Positions 27,736 through 41,295 of a stretch of DNA of 64,000 nucleotides are shown one piece after another. Origin of the DNA: Eledone cirrhosa. Taxonomy: Eukaryota. The stretch is taken from NCBI GenBank assembly GCA_964016885.1, contig OZ024759.1, positions 25,420,001 through 25,484,000 of the forward strand. Reading direction: 5' to 3'. The position numbers and the translations under genes are program-made. The notes under the pieces were generated by a model, which did not search any database, was not told the DNA's origin, and was given only the letters and a program-made list of their open reading frames with translations. The number at the start of each line of letters is the position of its first letter. Positions within the stretch are counted from its first letter, which is position 1.

Positions 27736-28562
27736 GCTCAAGTATTAATGTAAGGGAGATATAGAGAGATATAGAGAGATATAGAGAGAGAAAAATTTAA
27801 AAATAGCCAGACATATTCGAGGCGTAGAAAACCCTATGTTTTAATGTATTAGTATTTATAAAACTTACACTATATTGTAAATATCAGTATTCCTGAATGA
27901 AACAAGTATTCACAATGCGTGAAAATTCATTATCTTATGTTTAGTTTTTTAAAAAATTCATATGTCTATGTGAATCCAACTGATTCACTCCGCAAATTCA
28001 AAGTTACCGGAAAACATTCTCAATGTGGTATAAACATTTGAGCGTATTATTATTCTTGCGATTACTCTACAAGATTATCTATCAAGCAGAAATAGAGAGC
28101 AGATTTCAATATACTAATCGAAAATATATATTATATATTATAAGCAGAGATAACAATAATAATGATAATAAGTAAAAATATATAAAAATATAAAAATATA
28201 GAATAGAAAACTAAAAAAGAATATTACGAAAGAATATTACATAATAAAAATATTGCATATTAAAAATACTATGTTTTAAAATTATTACGTATTAAAACTT
28301 TACATATAAAAATATTAAAAATAAAAATAAAATAAAATAAAAAATAAAAAATAAAAATATAAAAATATTATAGAATACTACAATACTAAAAGAATAAAAA
28401 TAAAAATAAAAATAAAAATAAAAATAAAAATAAAAATAAAAATAAAAATAAAAAATAAACCACAAAGAACAACCCTTCAAGGTTAATTGACAATATATTG
28501 CCAAGTTCACTACAAGACAAAGCCAAAAATTATCTATCAAATCACATCTAGCAAGGAATATC

Positions 28563-28608
<46 letters not shown>

Positions 28609-28867
28609 TTATGATGTCCAATAATGTCTACATATGTTCCTATATTTAATATATAAGTTTATCAAGTGTAAGGTTAATTCATAAAATTTGGAGCATCGGC
28701 TTTTAGGGTAGCTTAATTTTTCATGAGGAATGTTTAGATAAAAAAAATAAAAAATAAAAATAAAAATAAATACAATAAAATAAACAGTAAAAAGAGGGAA
28801 TCAAAGATTTAGGAATCAAAAGATTTATCGGCTAGTTCTCATATAAATATAAATCAAACTAAATATA

Positions 28868-29230
28868 CTACATTTTAAATTTAAATTTATATTTAAACGT
28901 TGAGTTTAATCTATGTTTGCAACAACTGAATAAATTTGTCCGTAGGTTAAGGGAATTTTTAGATTTTAGTATAAAGAATATCTCCTCTGCGCAGAGGTCA
29001 CATGTCTCAGAGGATGAATTAAAAGGAATCCCTCTTGAGACTATATTCCAAGCCGTCGAATATCTAACGTTATCTAGCTTAAGTTGCCAGAGTACACCTG
29101 ATAGTGCCGTTGAAGATTTTTTATTTGGATCTGTGAAAGAATTCTTGTGGTTATTATAGCGAAGTTTAAATTCCGTCGATGTGGAACCGACGTAGTTAAA
29201 AGAATTAGAGTCAGTATTAACATTACTAAT
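28868..29230 (-). pseudogene. C-terminal GIY-YIG endonuclease of a Penelope-like element; 5'-truncated, 120 codons with no internal stop
   Basis: Hand translation: ISNVNTDSNSFNYVGSTSTEFKLRYNNHKNSFTDPNKKSSTALSGVLWQLKLDNVRYSTAWNIVSRGIPFNSSSETCDLCAEEIFFILKSKNSLNLRTNLFSCCKHRLNSTFKYKFKFKM*; motifs YVG, R..NH..SF, T.LS..W.LK, CxLC..E, LN.R and CKH. Confidence 0.9.
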
Positions 29231-30073
29231 TTTTTTTTTTTTTTGCGATATTCCTTGCTAGATGTGATTTGATAGATAATTTTTGGCTTTGTCTTGTAGT
29301 GAACTTGGCAATATATTGTCAATTAACCTTGAAGGGTTGTTCTTTGTGGTTTATTTTTTATTTTTATTTTTATTTTTATTTTTATTTTTATTTTTATTTT
29401 TATTTTTATTTTTATTCTTTTAGTATTGTAGTATTCTATAATATTTTTATATTTTTATTTTTTATTTTTTATTTTATTTTATTTTTATTTTTAATATTTT
29501 TATATGTAAAGTTTTAATACGTAATAATTTTAAAACATAGTATTTTTAATATGCAATATTTTTATTATGTAATATTCTTTCGTAATATTCTTTTTTAGTT
29601 TTCTATTCTATATTTTTATATTTTTATATATTTTTACTTATTATCATTATTATTGTTATCTCTGCTTATAATATATAATATATATTTTCGATTAGTATAT
29701 TGAAATCTGCTCTCTATTTCTGCTTGATAGATAATCTTGTAGAGTAATCGCAAGAATAATAATACGCTCAAATGTTTATACCACATTGAGAATGTTTTCC
29801 GGTAACTTTGAATTTGCGGAGTGAATCAGTTGGATTCACATAGACATATGAATTTTTTAAAAAACTAAACATAAGATAATGAATTTTCACGCATTGTGAA
29901 TACTTGTTTCATTCAGGAATACTGATATTTACAATATAGTGTAAGTTTTATAAATACTAATACATTAAAACATAGGGTTTTCTACGCCTCGAATATGTCT
30001 GGCTATTTTTAAATTTTTCTCTCTCTATATCTCTCTATATCTCTCTATATCTCCCTTACATTAATACTTGAGC

Positions 30074-30108
<35 letters not shown>

Positions 30109-30471
30109 ATGCATCATTGATACACTTACTCAAAATGACCTCCCACTACCTAATTTTTCTATATCTATATTTATATATGTATCTATCTCTATTTCCTCTC
30201 TCTATATATATATATATATCTCTTTCGGTCTCTTTACATGAAGCTCTTCGCTTTATCTATTTTTCCATCTCTCTATTTTGTCCCATGCATTTCTTCTTTT
30301 TCTTCTTTTTCTTCCTTTTCTTCGTTTCGTCTTTCTTTCTTTCTTATTTCCCTCTTTTCTCTCTCTCTTTCTTTCTCTCTGTATTTTCACTGCTAGAGTG
30401 AACCTCTTCAAATGAAGTTGATGTTTATTACGGTATGTCGAATATATTTATCTATAAAACTGTTTATATTG

Positions 30472-30538
30472 TATTTTGTCTGATGAAGGCATAGCATATT
30501 GTTTAATATGATATCCCCGAAATATATATAATGAAATA
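30472..30538 (+). ncRNA. Hammerhead ribozyme motif in the right arm
   Basis: TATTTTGT-CTGATGA-AGGCATAGCATATTGTTTAATATGATATCCCC-GAAA-TATATATA-ATGAAATA; palindromic stem III, AUA triplet. Confidence 0.75.
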
Positions 30539-30666
30539 AATATGGTTTTATAAATATAGTTTTCCATTTATTTAATATTGTAAATATACTCCAAGTATTT
30601 GTCGAGTGCTTTTATATCAGTTATAAATATTTACTAGTTGTAACCCAACAATTTTAAATATAACTT

Positions 30667-30733
<67 letters not shown>

Positions 30734-31034
30734 AAATCGAAGTTGTAGCCGCAGTAGACCAGACACAAAAGAAGCACTCAATGGTACGAAAAGTTAATAC
30801 ATTTTCGTCCAGAGCAAACACAAGGTGTGACACCAAGAATAAAAAGACAAAGTGTCTGTGGCCATAGTTTATTACCGCAACTACTATATAGAAGCAGGTC
30901 GGAGACCTAGTTGTATTTATCGTTGATATATAACTATATAACTATATATATATCTACTTCCTCCTATGTGTGATCCTAATAAGACATTTTTGGATCCATG
31001 TATTTGTTTTTCTTTGTTTGTTTAACCCGCTCTC

Positions 31035-31089
<55 letters not shown>

Positions 31090-31110
31090 ATATATATAAA
31101 TACATACATA

Positions 31111-31199
<89 letters not shown>

Positions 31200-31833
31200 A
31201 CACACACAGCGGTATCGCTACTACATCTGCTAACTCAACTAAGATTACTGTTGTTACAATTGCTGTCGCAACTGACGTTTATTATTCACTTTCATCTGGC
31301 TCTCATTTGTCAACAACACTGTCACCATTGGCAACAAACAGCAACGCCCTCTCCCCACCCTATGTCACTGCCAACAAGAACAGCAGCAACAACAACCACA
31401 ACAAAAACAATATACTCTATTATGCTCATACGCCACCAACAAATAAATATCTCTTCAACAGTCGACTTTACCATCATTTCAAACACAGCTTAATATTCTA
31501 GGTAAGGTAGTTAAGGAGTTTAAGTTGTCTTATCTTTAAATCCGCTAACTGCTGAATCATTATTATAATAAGGAGCCGCCCATATTTGTCGGATATAGAA
31601 GGGAAGTTACTACAAGTAATATTCTATATCTCTTTTAGCTAGTAAGCTACATTTATCAGCCATTTGCTCAAGTGCCGTTACTTCGATTTGAGGACTGTTG
31701 TTGCTATTGTTGTTGTTGCTGTTGTTGTTGTTACTGTTGTTGTTGAGTATTTCAAAAGGCTGCAGTAGATTGTTATATTTCTCGGGCAAACACAGGAGGT
31801 ATCTTTCTGAATATATATATATATATACAAATA

Positions 31834-31940
<107 letters not shown>

Positions 31941-32154
31941 GCGTGTGTGTGTGTGTGCGTGTGTATTTCATGTTTATGAATGCAATCAGTGAATGAGCGA
32001 GATATCAAACGTTGAATGGGATTACACACATACAGACACACCCACAGAATTATATATACCGTATATGAGTGTGTGTGTATATACACACACACACACCGTA
32101 TATACATATATACATATGTACATTTATATATATATATATATAGTATTTATACAT

Positions 32155-32210
<56 letters not shown>

Positions 32211-32702
32211 TGTGTGTGTGTGTGTGTATGTATATATATAGTAATCCTTACTAGTGTGTACTATTATAGAAGTGTTTAGAAAGGGACAGAGTTTTGGCCC
32301 AGATGTTCTTGCCATGTATACAAACTTGTGTATACACGAAGGATCTGTGACTATTGTATATACATGCCTGTTGGCTAATGACTTAGCTATTGCCTGTTGT
32401 CGTTGGCTGTTTTGTTTGTTGTTGTTGTTGTGGTTGTGGTTGATATCTGGCTTACTATCGTTATAGTCATCAGCTGCACTCGTCACAGTCTGGGATTCAA
32501 AACACACACACACATATATATACATTCATACACACACACACACACACGCACACACACGCATATATATATATATACATATATATTTATACAGACACACACA
32601 TATATACATAAATTTATACATACAGACACACACATATATACGTAAACATATACATACAGACACATATATACACACACATATATATGTATCTCTCTTTCTC
32701 TC

Positions 32703-32890
<188 letters not shown>

Positions 32891-33110
32891 CATATACATA
32901 AATACACACACACACACATATATATATATATATTAGTATATCCAATTCATATCCAACGATTCAAAAGTTGGTCCAGTCCAACGTATGCATATATGCTTGT
33001 ATAATATGCACGCGCATACTTACACGTATACATAATAAAAAATGTTTTTTTTCAAACTTCCAACCCCTGTTGTTGTTCCAACCCACTGTCTCTCTCTCCT
33101 CGAACTTTGC

Positions 33111-33150
33111 TATTTCCTGAAGAAGGACTTATGTCTGACACGTTGAAATA
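33111..33150 (+). ncRNA. Degenerate minimal hammerhead motif
   Basis: TATTTC-CTGAAGA-A-GGAC-TTAT-GTCT-GACA (GAAA mutated)-CGTT-GAAATA; perfect 6-bp stem I. Confidence 0.65.
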
Positions 33151-33232
33151 TTCATTTAATTCTCCCATGGGTGAACCTAATACGATTTTGTGTTTTTGCA
33201 TCTGTGTTTGCCTTACTTATTGTTGAACTATT

Positions 33233-33267
<35 letters not shown>

Positions 33268-33290
33268 TTATGCAACAGTTATGTATATAT

Positions 33291-33356
33291 TTATGCAATA
33301 GTTATGACCTCATCAGGCAGCTAGAATTTGAACAGAAGAAATAAAAAAACATATCA

Positions 33357-33418
<62 letters not shown>

Positions 33419-33562
33419 TATATGTTATGTTTTTATATTTCTTCTGTTCAAATTCTAGCTGCCTGATGAGGTTATAACTGTTGCATAATGTTTATCACCC
33501 AAATATATATAACACCGAATATGAATAAAGTTAATTTTAACCTGTTGACTTATATTTCTTGT

Positions 33563-33570
<8 letters not shown>
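33291..33570. mobile_element. Fold-back HHR-type element with (TA)n in its loop
   Basis: 33291-33360 is the reverse complement of 33420-33487; CTGATGAG on both strands (33309-33316 minus, 33463-33470 plus). Confidence 0.75.
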
Positions 33571-33617
<47 letters not shown>

Positions 33618-33897
33618 TGTGTTTGTGTGTTGTGTCTATGTATAGATTAGTCGAATGTGCCTCTCTTTCTCTCTGTGTATTATACATGTAAAAAACAGCA
33701 GGAGAGACAACCTTGAAATCTAAACAAATAAAAATTAATAAAATATGGAATACAGAAATAGATGACTCTAATAGATACACATCCATTTTCTTAAAAAAAT
33801 ATGAGTAATTCATAATTTTGATGCTGACACTCCCCCTCTCTCCCTTCCTTCCCTTATATTCACTTACTCTCACACATCACGCACACACACACACACA

Positions 33898-33930
<33 letters not shown>

Positions 33931-33944
33931 TCTATCTCTCTCTC

Positions 33945-33981
<37 letters not shown>

Positions 33982-34337
33982 TACAAACATACAGATAGAC
34001 ATAGACAGACAAACACATTGGAATAGAAGGAAGAGATAAAATCTTCGTCCATGTTGACCTGGCGTCTTGATGGTAGCCGAAGGAGGAGGGGAGGTATATG
34101 ATATTTTAGACACTGCGTACACCACTAAACACACACACACATTTATATATATATATATATACAGATAAACACCCCCTCACACACACATATATATATATTT
34201 ATGTATGTATGCATATGCATGTATGTATGCATATGTATGTATATGCATGTATGTATGCATATGTATATATATATATATATGTATGTATGCATGTATGTAT
34301 ATATATATGTATGTATATAAATGTATGTATATATCTG

Positions 34338-34419
<82 letters not shown>

Positions 34420-34919
34420 CAAAGAGACATAACATATACATACATACATAGATATTAGCTATATATATATATATATGATTTCGACTACGAAGATTTGCTG
34501 GAAGTCACTATATTTAGAATGCTATCACAAAGGGAACGGGGTGGAATCGCGGGTAGAATGGGGGGTAGAAATGAAAAGCAGATGTTTGGCTGGGTGTCGG
34601 GTTAGCCAGTAAAGGGTGTGAACCCTTTACTAACCCTAAAGTGGAATAGTTGAAGGGGGTTTATATCTAAGCAGTTTTAGCCCCAGGCTTTATTGGAGCA
34701 GGGGGGAGGCGGGAAGATCTGTACTGAAGGGAGAGGGTGTTTCTACATATGTCTCACAGGCGAAGAACAGCCCCGGTGGGCGGGGGTATGTACCTGCGTG
34801 TGTGTCTGTGTGTATGTGTATTTTTGTACGTGCGTATGTACATGTGTGTATATGTGTGTGAGCGCGTCTCTCCCTCTCTCTCTGTCTCTCTCTCTCTTTC
34901 TTTCTCTCTCTCTCTCTAA

Positions 34920-34952
<33 letters not shown>

Positions 34953-34987
34953 CAGAGAAAGAGAGGTAGGGACGCGCACACACACAT

Positions 34988-35018
<31 letters not shown>

Positions 35019-35311
35019 AATATATATATATTATATATATATATATATTATATATATATATATATTATATGTATATATGGCTATATATGTAAAAGTATAT
35101 GTCTGAGAATGTATGACTGAGTGTGAGGATATGGATATGTATATTTTAGTACATATGTATATATGTATACATACACACACACATATATATGTGTGTGATT
35201 GTGTATGTGTGACTGTGTGTGTGTGTTTGTATATATATCATATATATATTATAGATATATGTATATATTATATATGCTTATATTATATATGCATTATATA
35301 CATATACCATG

Positions 35312-35460
35312 CTTTGACGCATAGAGTTACGGCCCTTGCCATTCTGAGTTCAAATCCCGCCGAGGTTAACTTTGCCTTTCATCCTTACAGGGTCGATAAA
35401 ATAAAGTACCAGTAATGTACTGAGTAATTGCTGGCCTTGTGCCTAAAGTAGAAACAATTA
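35312..35460 (+). mobile_element. SINE, 5'-truncated
   Basis: B box, core and short tail. Confidence 0.9.
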
Positions 35461-35568
35461 TATATATATATATATATAATATCTGCATTATATATAAGTT
35501 ATATATGATATATATATATATATAATATATATATACAATATATATAACATATAAACAATATATACAAA

Positions 35569-35619
<51 letters not shown>

Positions 35620-35664
35620 ATATATGTATATACATATATATATATACAAATAATATAATATAAT

Positions 35665-35716
<52 letters not shown>

Positions 35717-35727
35717 AATATAATATA

Positions 35728-35784
<57 letters not shown>

Positions 35785-36279
35785 CATAATAAATGGGGGC
35801 ACAAGACAAAGGCATCAGAAAAAACAACGATGACAAAACATTATGCTTGATTAGCAAGTCTTCATTTTGAGCTGAGATATAAAACTAACAGGGAAAAGCT
35901 GTAAACGTAATAAAAAATAGCCCGACATCACATGTGCAGAGATGCACATCATGGTGTGCAGAAAGTACGTGCAGCGAGCTGCAAGTTATGTAGTCAAGGA
36001 TAAATAGTTGAGAAGTTTTTCTCTGTTTGCTGATATATCTAATTGGTATTGCTTCCGATGTTAAAATGGATACTATTAAACCCTACCCTCAAAAATCTTC
36101 CTTATCTTCTGTTATCTGGCATCTGTCAAGATGTCTCCCAACAGATGAGTTTGCTTGCTTGTTTGTCCACCCCCTCTCGTTGCCTCCACACCATAGTTGA
36201 GTTCCCTATTACTTTAATATAACACAGTGGTGGTTGCCAACATTTTGTGCACCATGTCTACTGTAAACAAATTGGTGTA

Positions 36280-36463
36280 TACGGGAGTAGGCTGAAATGT
36301 TCATAGGCTGTCTATGAATGAGTGATGCTAGAGCTGTGAAACATTGCATACCTTCATTTCTACTCTTTTTATTAATCTTCTTACTAATCTTCATTGTTTC
36401 TTTCTAGGGGCTATGTTAAACCTCATCTTGGTCTACCTATGAACGTTTCAGCCGACCCTCGTA
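36280..36463. mobile_element. Mariner-type MITE
   Basis: TACGGGAGTAGGCTGAAATGTTCATAGG ... CCTATGAACGTTTCAGCCGACCCTCGTA. Confidence 0.8.
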
Positions 36464-36613
36464 GGTGGTTCCAAATACATAATGACATGTGTGGAGGAGG
36501 AGGAGGAGCTGAGGCAAAAGTTTCCGACAGTACTGTGTAAACGTAATAAAGTAAAACCCGAAGTTTGTTCTCATTAACATCATTTTCGAATTGCAGCCCC
36601 CCCCCCCCCCACC

Positions 36614-36732
36614 TAAATATTCAATTTGCCTCACCCCTGCCGTAAATATTCAAATTGCCTCCTTAAATATTCAAATTACACCGCACCCTTAAATATTCAA
36701 ATTAATCCGCCCCTTAAAAATTTAAATTGCCC
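36614..36732. repeat. Short tandem repeat, 5 x TAAATATTCAAATT with C-rich spacers
   Basis: Direct reading. Confidence 0.8.
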
Positions 36733-36901
36733 TCGCTCCACTGTACGGCGTGCTCCCCTCGTTGGGTTACACTGGTATAACGTGAAGACAGCGCTAGCTA
36801 AGTAAAACCTATTACATTTTATTCCATCGATTGGCTAGACGGAAGTAACCCATGTGGCCACTCGACATGCTAGAACTCATAACTTAAATGTATATCCCAA
36901 A

Positions 36902-37460
36902 ATAATGGTTTCTGATTTAGCACCAGGCCAACAATTTTTGGGAAGAGTGAAAGTCGATTAAATCGACCCCAGTACGTTACTGATACTTTATTTTATCGGC
37001 CTCGTAAGGATGAAACTTTAAAATGGTTTCTAGTTTAGGAAGAAAGCCGACGATTTTGTAGGGAGGAGAAAGTCCATTAAATCATCGACCTCAAAACGTT
37101 GCTGGTACTTTATTTTATCGGCACCGTAAGGGTGAAAGTACATAAATAAAATATCTACAATTCAATATGCTGGTTAAGATCTGTATATATATGTAACATG
37201 TAGTGCGGTAAATAAATATATACATGTACACTAGGTTTGAACAAACACAAAGGAACCGAACTCACACTGTCACTGCTTCCGTCTCTCCCGTTCTCCACAT
37301 CTCTCACTATTATGAGCAAATGTGGGCCCAGGATGGAAGTTAAGAGTAGTTTCTGATTTAGGCACAAGGCCAATAATTTTTTTGTGGAGGGAAAGTGCAT
37401 TACTGGTACATTTTTTTCGACCCCCGTAAGGTTGAAAGGCAAAGCTAACCTCGGCGGGCT
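36902..37460 (-). mobile_element. Three partial SINE copies (about 36902-37015, 37020-37140, 37348-37458)
   Basis: Tail and core sequences in minus orientation. Confidence 0.85.
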
Positions 37461-37519
37461 AAAACAATAAATAAAGTCGAACACTGGTAAGTAGTAGTAG
37501 CAGTAGTTCTATATATGCA

Positions 37520-37553
<34 letters not shown>

Positions 37554-38652
37554 AATATATATATATACACCAATATATATAAATAATTTCTCTTGAATTG
37601 TTACACTATGTAAAACTCATTGTTCCACAGATATCTCAGTGTACCATAACAGAAGAGACATTATTACAGTAATAATGGTTAGTGACGTTAGATTGAGATA
37701 AAGACGAGGGAGGCGTGGGGTGGGGTGGCAATGGTGATGGTGGTAAGGGGGGGGGGGGGCTGATGGTCAGTGACGTGAGGTTGTTGTTGTTGGTGGTGGT
37801 GGTGTGCGGGGATGGCTCTCCATGAAATAAAGACGAGGCTGGCGTGGAGTGTGGTAGTGGTGGAGGTGATGGTGATGGTGTTAGAGGGAGGGTTAGGTAC
37901 AGACTAGTTGTTGGTCAGTGACTAGCCAGCGTCAGTGTAGCCGGCATTGCCTTGCTTAAGTAAGGTCAAGCTTTCGTGAGCAGGGGATGGGGGTGGGGGA
38001 CAGACGGGGAGGCGGAGGGGTCGCCCAATATATTCCTCAGTCGTCTTTAACCAAAAACCAAAAGGAGACCATCTGTCTGGCCAAGTGGATCCCGAAGAAT
38101 TCTCAGGTCGTTTGGTTCAAACATCTTATGGTTGATCAGACAAATCAAATAAAAAATATAGAAATAAAGCGAAAATAAACGAAAGAAAGAAAAAGAAAAA
38201 AAATGAAAAAAAAATGGAAGAAAAAACGAAGAAAAATGCATAAAAGAGATAAAAACCAGTTATAGGGTCTTCTAAGAACAAAATGCTAGTTCCAATCGAC
38301 AGAGTCTTTGAGTGCCGGCATGATACCTTCATTTAAATTTTCGTGAAAAATTGTCTGGGTTTTAAACTGATTATCAGATTAACGGCAAATACCTTTAAAA
38401 CCGTTTCCGTCTTCAGTTTTTAAGTAAAGCCGACAGTATATGGGTCCTCATATGGAGAGAGATATCTGTGTATGTGTGAGGTCCTCTATTTATTACTTTT
38501 TTGGGTGGAGTGGGGTATATGGGGTGGGAGTGAAATGGGAGTTAATGTCGAGACAACGGGATGGACACTACGTTGTTGCTCCACCTAGAAATGTCAAAGA
38601 AAGAAAAACAAAATGGTTTGATATCCATCAAAATAATATATCTTCTATAGAA

Positions 38653-38900
38653 ACTTAACTCTTGTTATCGTCGTAGGGACGCCATCATGATATACGGCGT
38701 TCGGTATTTAAACCTGGCGGGTGTCAACTCATCTCAAAACATATCTTCCATGGTAACTTAACTGTTGTTTGCATCATAGGAACGCCATCTTCACGTACGT
38801 TGTTCAAACCTTTCGGTATCTAAAAGTGGCAGGAGTCAATCTATCTCAAAACATATCTTACATGGCAACTTGAATGTTGATAGCGTCATAGGGACGCCAT
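38653..38900 (-). repeat. ~105-bp tandem duplication (about 2.3 units) of the older SINE tail
   Basis: ATCTCAAAACATATCTT.CATGG.AACTT occurs twice and TAGG(G/A)ACGCCATC three times. Confidence 0.7.
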
Positions 38901-38989
38901 CGATTGGTTGCACCACTGCGCCAGTTACGAGGAGATGGACACCACCAACTATTTCTAAGACACACTGAAATGTCATGATGGACAGTACA

Positions 38990-39320
38990 CAGTGGCACAT
39001 CTAGAGTGGCACCCCAACAACTAACTGCAACAGTGGCACATCTAAAGTGGCACCCCAACAACTGGCTGCACCAGTGGCACCCCAACAACTGGCAACAGCA
39101 GTGGCACATCTAAAGTTGTTGTTGTTGTTGTTACAGCTCACACCTAAGCAGGTTTAGCTGGCCTCCTCCAAGGTATATTTCGTTGGAGTTGTCTTGGGTA
39201 ATTTAATGATAGGGACCCCAGTCCTATCATCTAAAGTGGCACCCCAACAACTGGCTGTACCAGTGGCACCCCAATAACTGGCGGCACCAGTGGCACTTCT
39301 ATTGTGACACCCCAACTACT
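38990..39320. repeat. Minisatellite built on AGTGGCAC(ATCTAA/CCCAACAACTGGC), interrupted by ~110 bp
   Basis: About 9 AGTGGCAC cores in two blocks. Confidence 0.8.
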
Positions 39321-39453
39321 GATTGATCCACAGAAACCTAGCTGGTATTTCTACAATCTTACTACAGTGTTTTCCCTGGCTGCTATGTTCTTCCCCAGCC
39401 AACCCTCTTCTCTCTCTTTCTCTCTCTCTCTCTCTCACTTTCTCTCTCCCCCT

Positions 39454-39528
<75 letters not shown>

Positions 39529-39691
39529 TTTCTCTCTCTCTTTATCATTCTCTCACTTTATCTTTCTCTGACTTTTCTCTCTCTCTTTCACTTTCTCTGT
39601 CTCACATTCTCTCTCTCTCTCTCTTCTCTTCCACACACACTCTCTCCTCCCCTCTCTTCCTCTCTCTCTCCTCTCTCTCTCACCTTTCTCA

Positions 39692-39722
<31 letters not shown>

Positions 39723-39843
39723 ATCTATCTATATTCACAAACGTTTAGTCCTGCCATCTGGCACGCCATGGCGATATGGTGGAGGAGAGTGGGTGAGGTG
39801 AGTTATCAGTAGCAGTGGTAGTAGTAGTAATAGTAGTAGTATT

Positions 39844-39892
<49 letters not shown>

Positions 39893-40580
39893 GTACTAGT
39901 AGTAGTAGTAGCAGTAGTAGCAGCAGTAGCAGTAGTAGAAGTAGTAGTAGCAGTAGTGTTGTTGTTGTTGGCCACCCTTCTTTCTTTCATGGCTGACCTC
40001 ATCAGGTGTAGACAAGATGAAGTACTACAAAGAGAAGCAGATTACACAGTCACACACCCCCATACATCCACCACCATTAGCCCCCCTCTCACCTCAGCCA
40101 CCCAGCATCACCACCACTCCAGTCCCCTAACAACATCCCCCACCTCCTGCTACAGCCACCAAGCACCCCCCCCACAGAGACATAGCTCCACAGCCACCAA
40201 ATCGCATCCCCCACCCCGCAGTCAACCAATACTCACCCCCACAGACCCAGTACCCCCACCCTACAGTTCTACATACACCAACCCCACCACCACTGCCACC
40301 CCACCCCACCCCGCCCTCACAGACCCCCCAGTACTACAGCCCCCTCCCCTCAGACCAAACAATCCCCACCACCACAGACCAACTCATCCCCACCCACGGT
40401 CCTACATCCCCATCCCCACAGACCAACCAGTCCCCACCCACAGACCAACCAATCCCCACCCCACAGACCAACCAATACCCACCCCCACAGTCTTACAGCC
40501 CCACGGTGTAACACTACTCAATACAATGTGTATTTAATTCTTAAGACTTGAGATAAGATTACGACTACAACAATATTATC

Positions 40581-40596
40581 CCAGCAGGGGGCGCCA
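40581..40596 (+). promoter_or_regulatory. Candidate CTCF site
   Basis: CCAGCAGGGGGCGCCA fits the CCASYAGRKGGCRS core; motif only. Confidence 0.5.
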
Positions 40597-41295
40597 GTGG
40601 TGGTGCTGGTAGGGTAGCGATGGTTGTGGTAGTGGCAGTAGTGGTGGTAGTAGTAGTGGTGTCAGTGGTAGCGATGGTGGCAGTAGTAGTGGCAGTAGTG
40701 GTGATAGTGGTAGTAGTAGTAGTGGTGACAGTGGTAGTGATGGTGGTAATAGGGGTGGTGGTAGTGGTAGTGGTAGTAGTGGCAGTAATGGTGATAGTTA
40801 TAGTAGCTGTAGTGGTGTCAGTGGTAGTGATGGTGGTAGTAGTGGTGGTGGTCTTGGTGGTGGCGGTAGTGGTGGTGGTAGTAGTGGCAGTAGAGGAGGT
40901 GGTAGTAATAGTAGTATTACCACTCAGCTATGTAGTATTGGCTGTAGTTGCACCACACAGCTCTATATCACCATTACAAAGTGATAAGACGAGAATTTGT
41001 TATCTAAAATAGGTGTGAGAAGACAGGATTGTTTCATAGTTCTTCATTTGTGTGTCTGTGTGTGTATGCGTGTGTCTGTGTCTGTATGTGTGTATCTGTA
41101 TATGTGTATGTATGTGTCAGTATGTATGTGTGTGACTGTATATGTCTGTATGTGTATCTGTGTGTTTCAGTGTGCGCTTATATGTATCTATACTTATGTA
41201 TTTTGTTATATGTGTGCTACTGTATGTACTGATTGACCAAACAGATCATATGTGCTCCATAATTCAATATTTCCAGCTCACATGTGGCCAGTAAT

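Larger units (their letters stand above)
27229..30670 (-). mobile_element. 5'-truncated Penelope-like retroelement with a 1.35-kb inverted terminal duplication, inserted in (TA)n
   Basis: Arms 27229-28579 and 29230-30581 are reverse complements (mirror ORF coordinates all sum to 57809); GIY-YIG frame in the loop; HHR near each outer end; (TA)n on both flanks. Confidence 0.9.

Noticed and set aside
28917-29159. 80-aa plus-strand ORF in the palindrome loop
   Set aside because: Antisense shadow of the GIY-YIG frame, which has the recognisable motifs.
27408-30401. Identical hydrophobic 94-aa ORFs on opposite strands, suggesting a duplicated membrane-protein gene
   Set aside because: Low-complexity pyrimidine-rich sequence duplicated by the inverted repeat.
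37987-38241. Non-repetitive ORF pieces that could be a host exon
   Set aside because: No recognisable domain in any frame and weak splice signals; cannot be supported without RNA-seq.
39975-40050. Possible small exon (GVDKMKYYKEKQIT)
   Set aside because: Resembles a decayed SINE core (CTTTCAT...GGTCGATAAAATAAAGTAC); no convincing donor site.
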